64,000 nt of DNA from an uncultured Actinomycetes bacterium (lineage in GTDB: Bacteria; Actinomycetota; Actinomycetes; Acidothermales; Acidothermaceae). Each line of letters starts with the position of its first letter. The first letter of the stretch is position 1. Under the pieces are notes generated by a model that searched no databases, was not told the DNA's origin, and saw only the letters and a program-made list of their open reading frames with translations. Positions 63,015 to 64,000 of this stretch are shown one piece after another. The translations under genes were made by a program, and so were the position numbers. The stretch is from the NCBI GenBank assembly GCA_963809135.1, contig CAWEIG010000007.1, positions 165,805 to 229,804 on the forward strand, written 5' to 3'.

Positions 63015-64000
63015 CGGCCGCCTCCTTTCGGAGCAGCGGCGGACGCCGGCACAGCGAGCAATGCTTCTGCCACCCGCTGCAAGTCGGCTGCGCGCGACGC
63101 TTTCACCAGCACCACGTCGTCCGGCCCGAGATCTGATTCGAGCAACGCCGTCGCCGCCGTAACGTCATCAACAACGACGATGCGGGTCGGGTCGAGGCCC
63201 GCGTCGAGGGCACCGTCGGCGATGCCTTGCGCACCTGCACCGACAACAACAAGCCGATGGACGCCGAGGTGTGCCGCCGTCTCGCCCAGCTCGCGATGCG
63301 CACCTACCGAACCCGCGCCCAACTCGGCCATGACCCCGAGCACCGCGTGCGTGCGCCGGCGACCGCCGTCACCCATGGCCGCCAGCGCCCGCAACGCTGC
63401 CCGCATCGACTCCGGGTTGGCGTTGTAGGCGTCGTTGATGACGGTGAGTCCATCGGGTCGCTCGGACACCTGCATGCGCCATTTGCTGACGTTCTGCACG
63501 CGGCCGAGCAGGCCGCCAACAGACGCGAGGTCGAAGCCGAGCTCGAGAGCAACGGCAGCCGCCGCGAGTGCGTTGAGAACGTGGTGGGCGCCAGATAACG
63601 CCATCGCGACCTGGACCTCGCCGGTGGCGCTGACGATGCGAAACGCCGGTCGTGCCAACGCGTCGAGGCGAATGTCTACTGCACGCACGTCGGCAGACGC
63701 CTCGACACCGAACGTCACGACGCGCGCGTTAGTGCGCGATCGCATCGCGGCAACCGCGCCATCGTCGGCATTCAAAATCGCGACGCCGTCTGCCGGCAGC
63801 GCCTCCACCAGCTCGCCTTTAGCCCGCGCGACCGCATCACGGCTGCCGAATTCTCCGAGATGCGCAGTGCCGACGTTGAGGACAACTCCGATGCTCGGCC
63901 GCGCGATGCCGCACAGGTAGGCGATATGACCCACGCCTCGCGCAGAAAGTTCGAGCACGAGATATCGGGTGCCAGCGTCGGCTCGGAGCACCGTCAAGGG
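63011..64000 (-). CDS. murF: UDP-MurNAc-tripeptide--D-alanyl-D-alanine ligase (partial; the N-terminus lies beyond the window end)
   Basis: The C-terminal about 330 aa has [23 protein letters not shown] and DAYNANP. Confidence 0.9.
   Translation of the reverse strand, partial: PLTVLRADAGTRYLVLELSARGVGHIAYLCGIARPSIGVVLNVGTAHLGEFGSRDAVARAKGELVEALPADGVAILNADDGAVAAMRSRTNARVVTFGVEASADVRAVDIRLDALARPAFRIVSATGEVQVAMALSGAHHVLNALAAAAVALELGFDLASVGGLLGRVQNVSKWRMQVSERPDGLTVINDAYNANPESMRAALRALAAMGDGGRRRTHAVLGVMAELGAGSVGAHRELGETAAHLGVHRLVVVGAGAQGIADGALDAGLDPTRIVVVDDVTAATALLESDLGPDDVVLVKASRAADLQRVAEALLAVPASAAAPKGGGR

Overview
High-GC (about 70%) core chromosomal segment of an Actinomycetota genome. Almost every gene is on the minus strand. 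From memory, the gene order matches the Streptomyces/Frankia-type arrangement: polA(partial)-GNAT-EamA | livFGMHK | pdtaR | tRNA | pyk | gltDB | VIT-lgt | trpABC | two-component system | trp-membrane protein-trpE-hisI | hisF-priA-hisHBCD | DEAD-box helicase | ybaK | ABC-2 exporter | dnaE1 | yjbQ-rluD-lspA-DksA/TraR-histone-like | HAD-ileS | divIVA-yggT-sepF-yggS-pgeF-ftsZ | murC-murG-ftsW-murD-mraY-murF(partial). I found no rRNA, CRISPR array, IS element, prophage or recognisable defence island. This is a housekeeping region and I cannot support a claim of a new multi-gene system. The observations worth a second look are: (1) at least 16 single-base frame changes confined to about 8.7-15.7 kb, breaking livK, pdtaR, pyk, gltD and gltB, while much longer genes elsewhere are intact; (2) a canonical-looking 73-nt class-I tRNA with anticodon CAA (Leu) that lacks the long variable arm of bacterial tRNA-Leu; (3) no ftsQ between murC and ftsZ; (4) a perfect 57-bp tandem repeat (about 3.6 copies) that holds the only in-frame start codons of lspA; (5) a histone-H1-like AKP-repeat ORF and a DksA/TraR zinc-finger ORF that overlap and look like one DdbA-type fusion split in a poly-Pro C-tract; (6) a frameshifted yggS; (7) several phased direct repeats, strong intercistronic hairpins and short tandem duplications at gene termini. 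All calls come from reading the sequence and the ORF track. No database search was possible.
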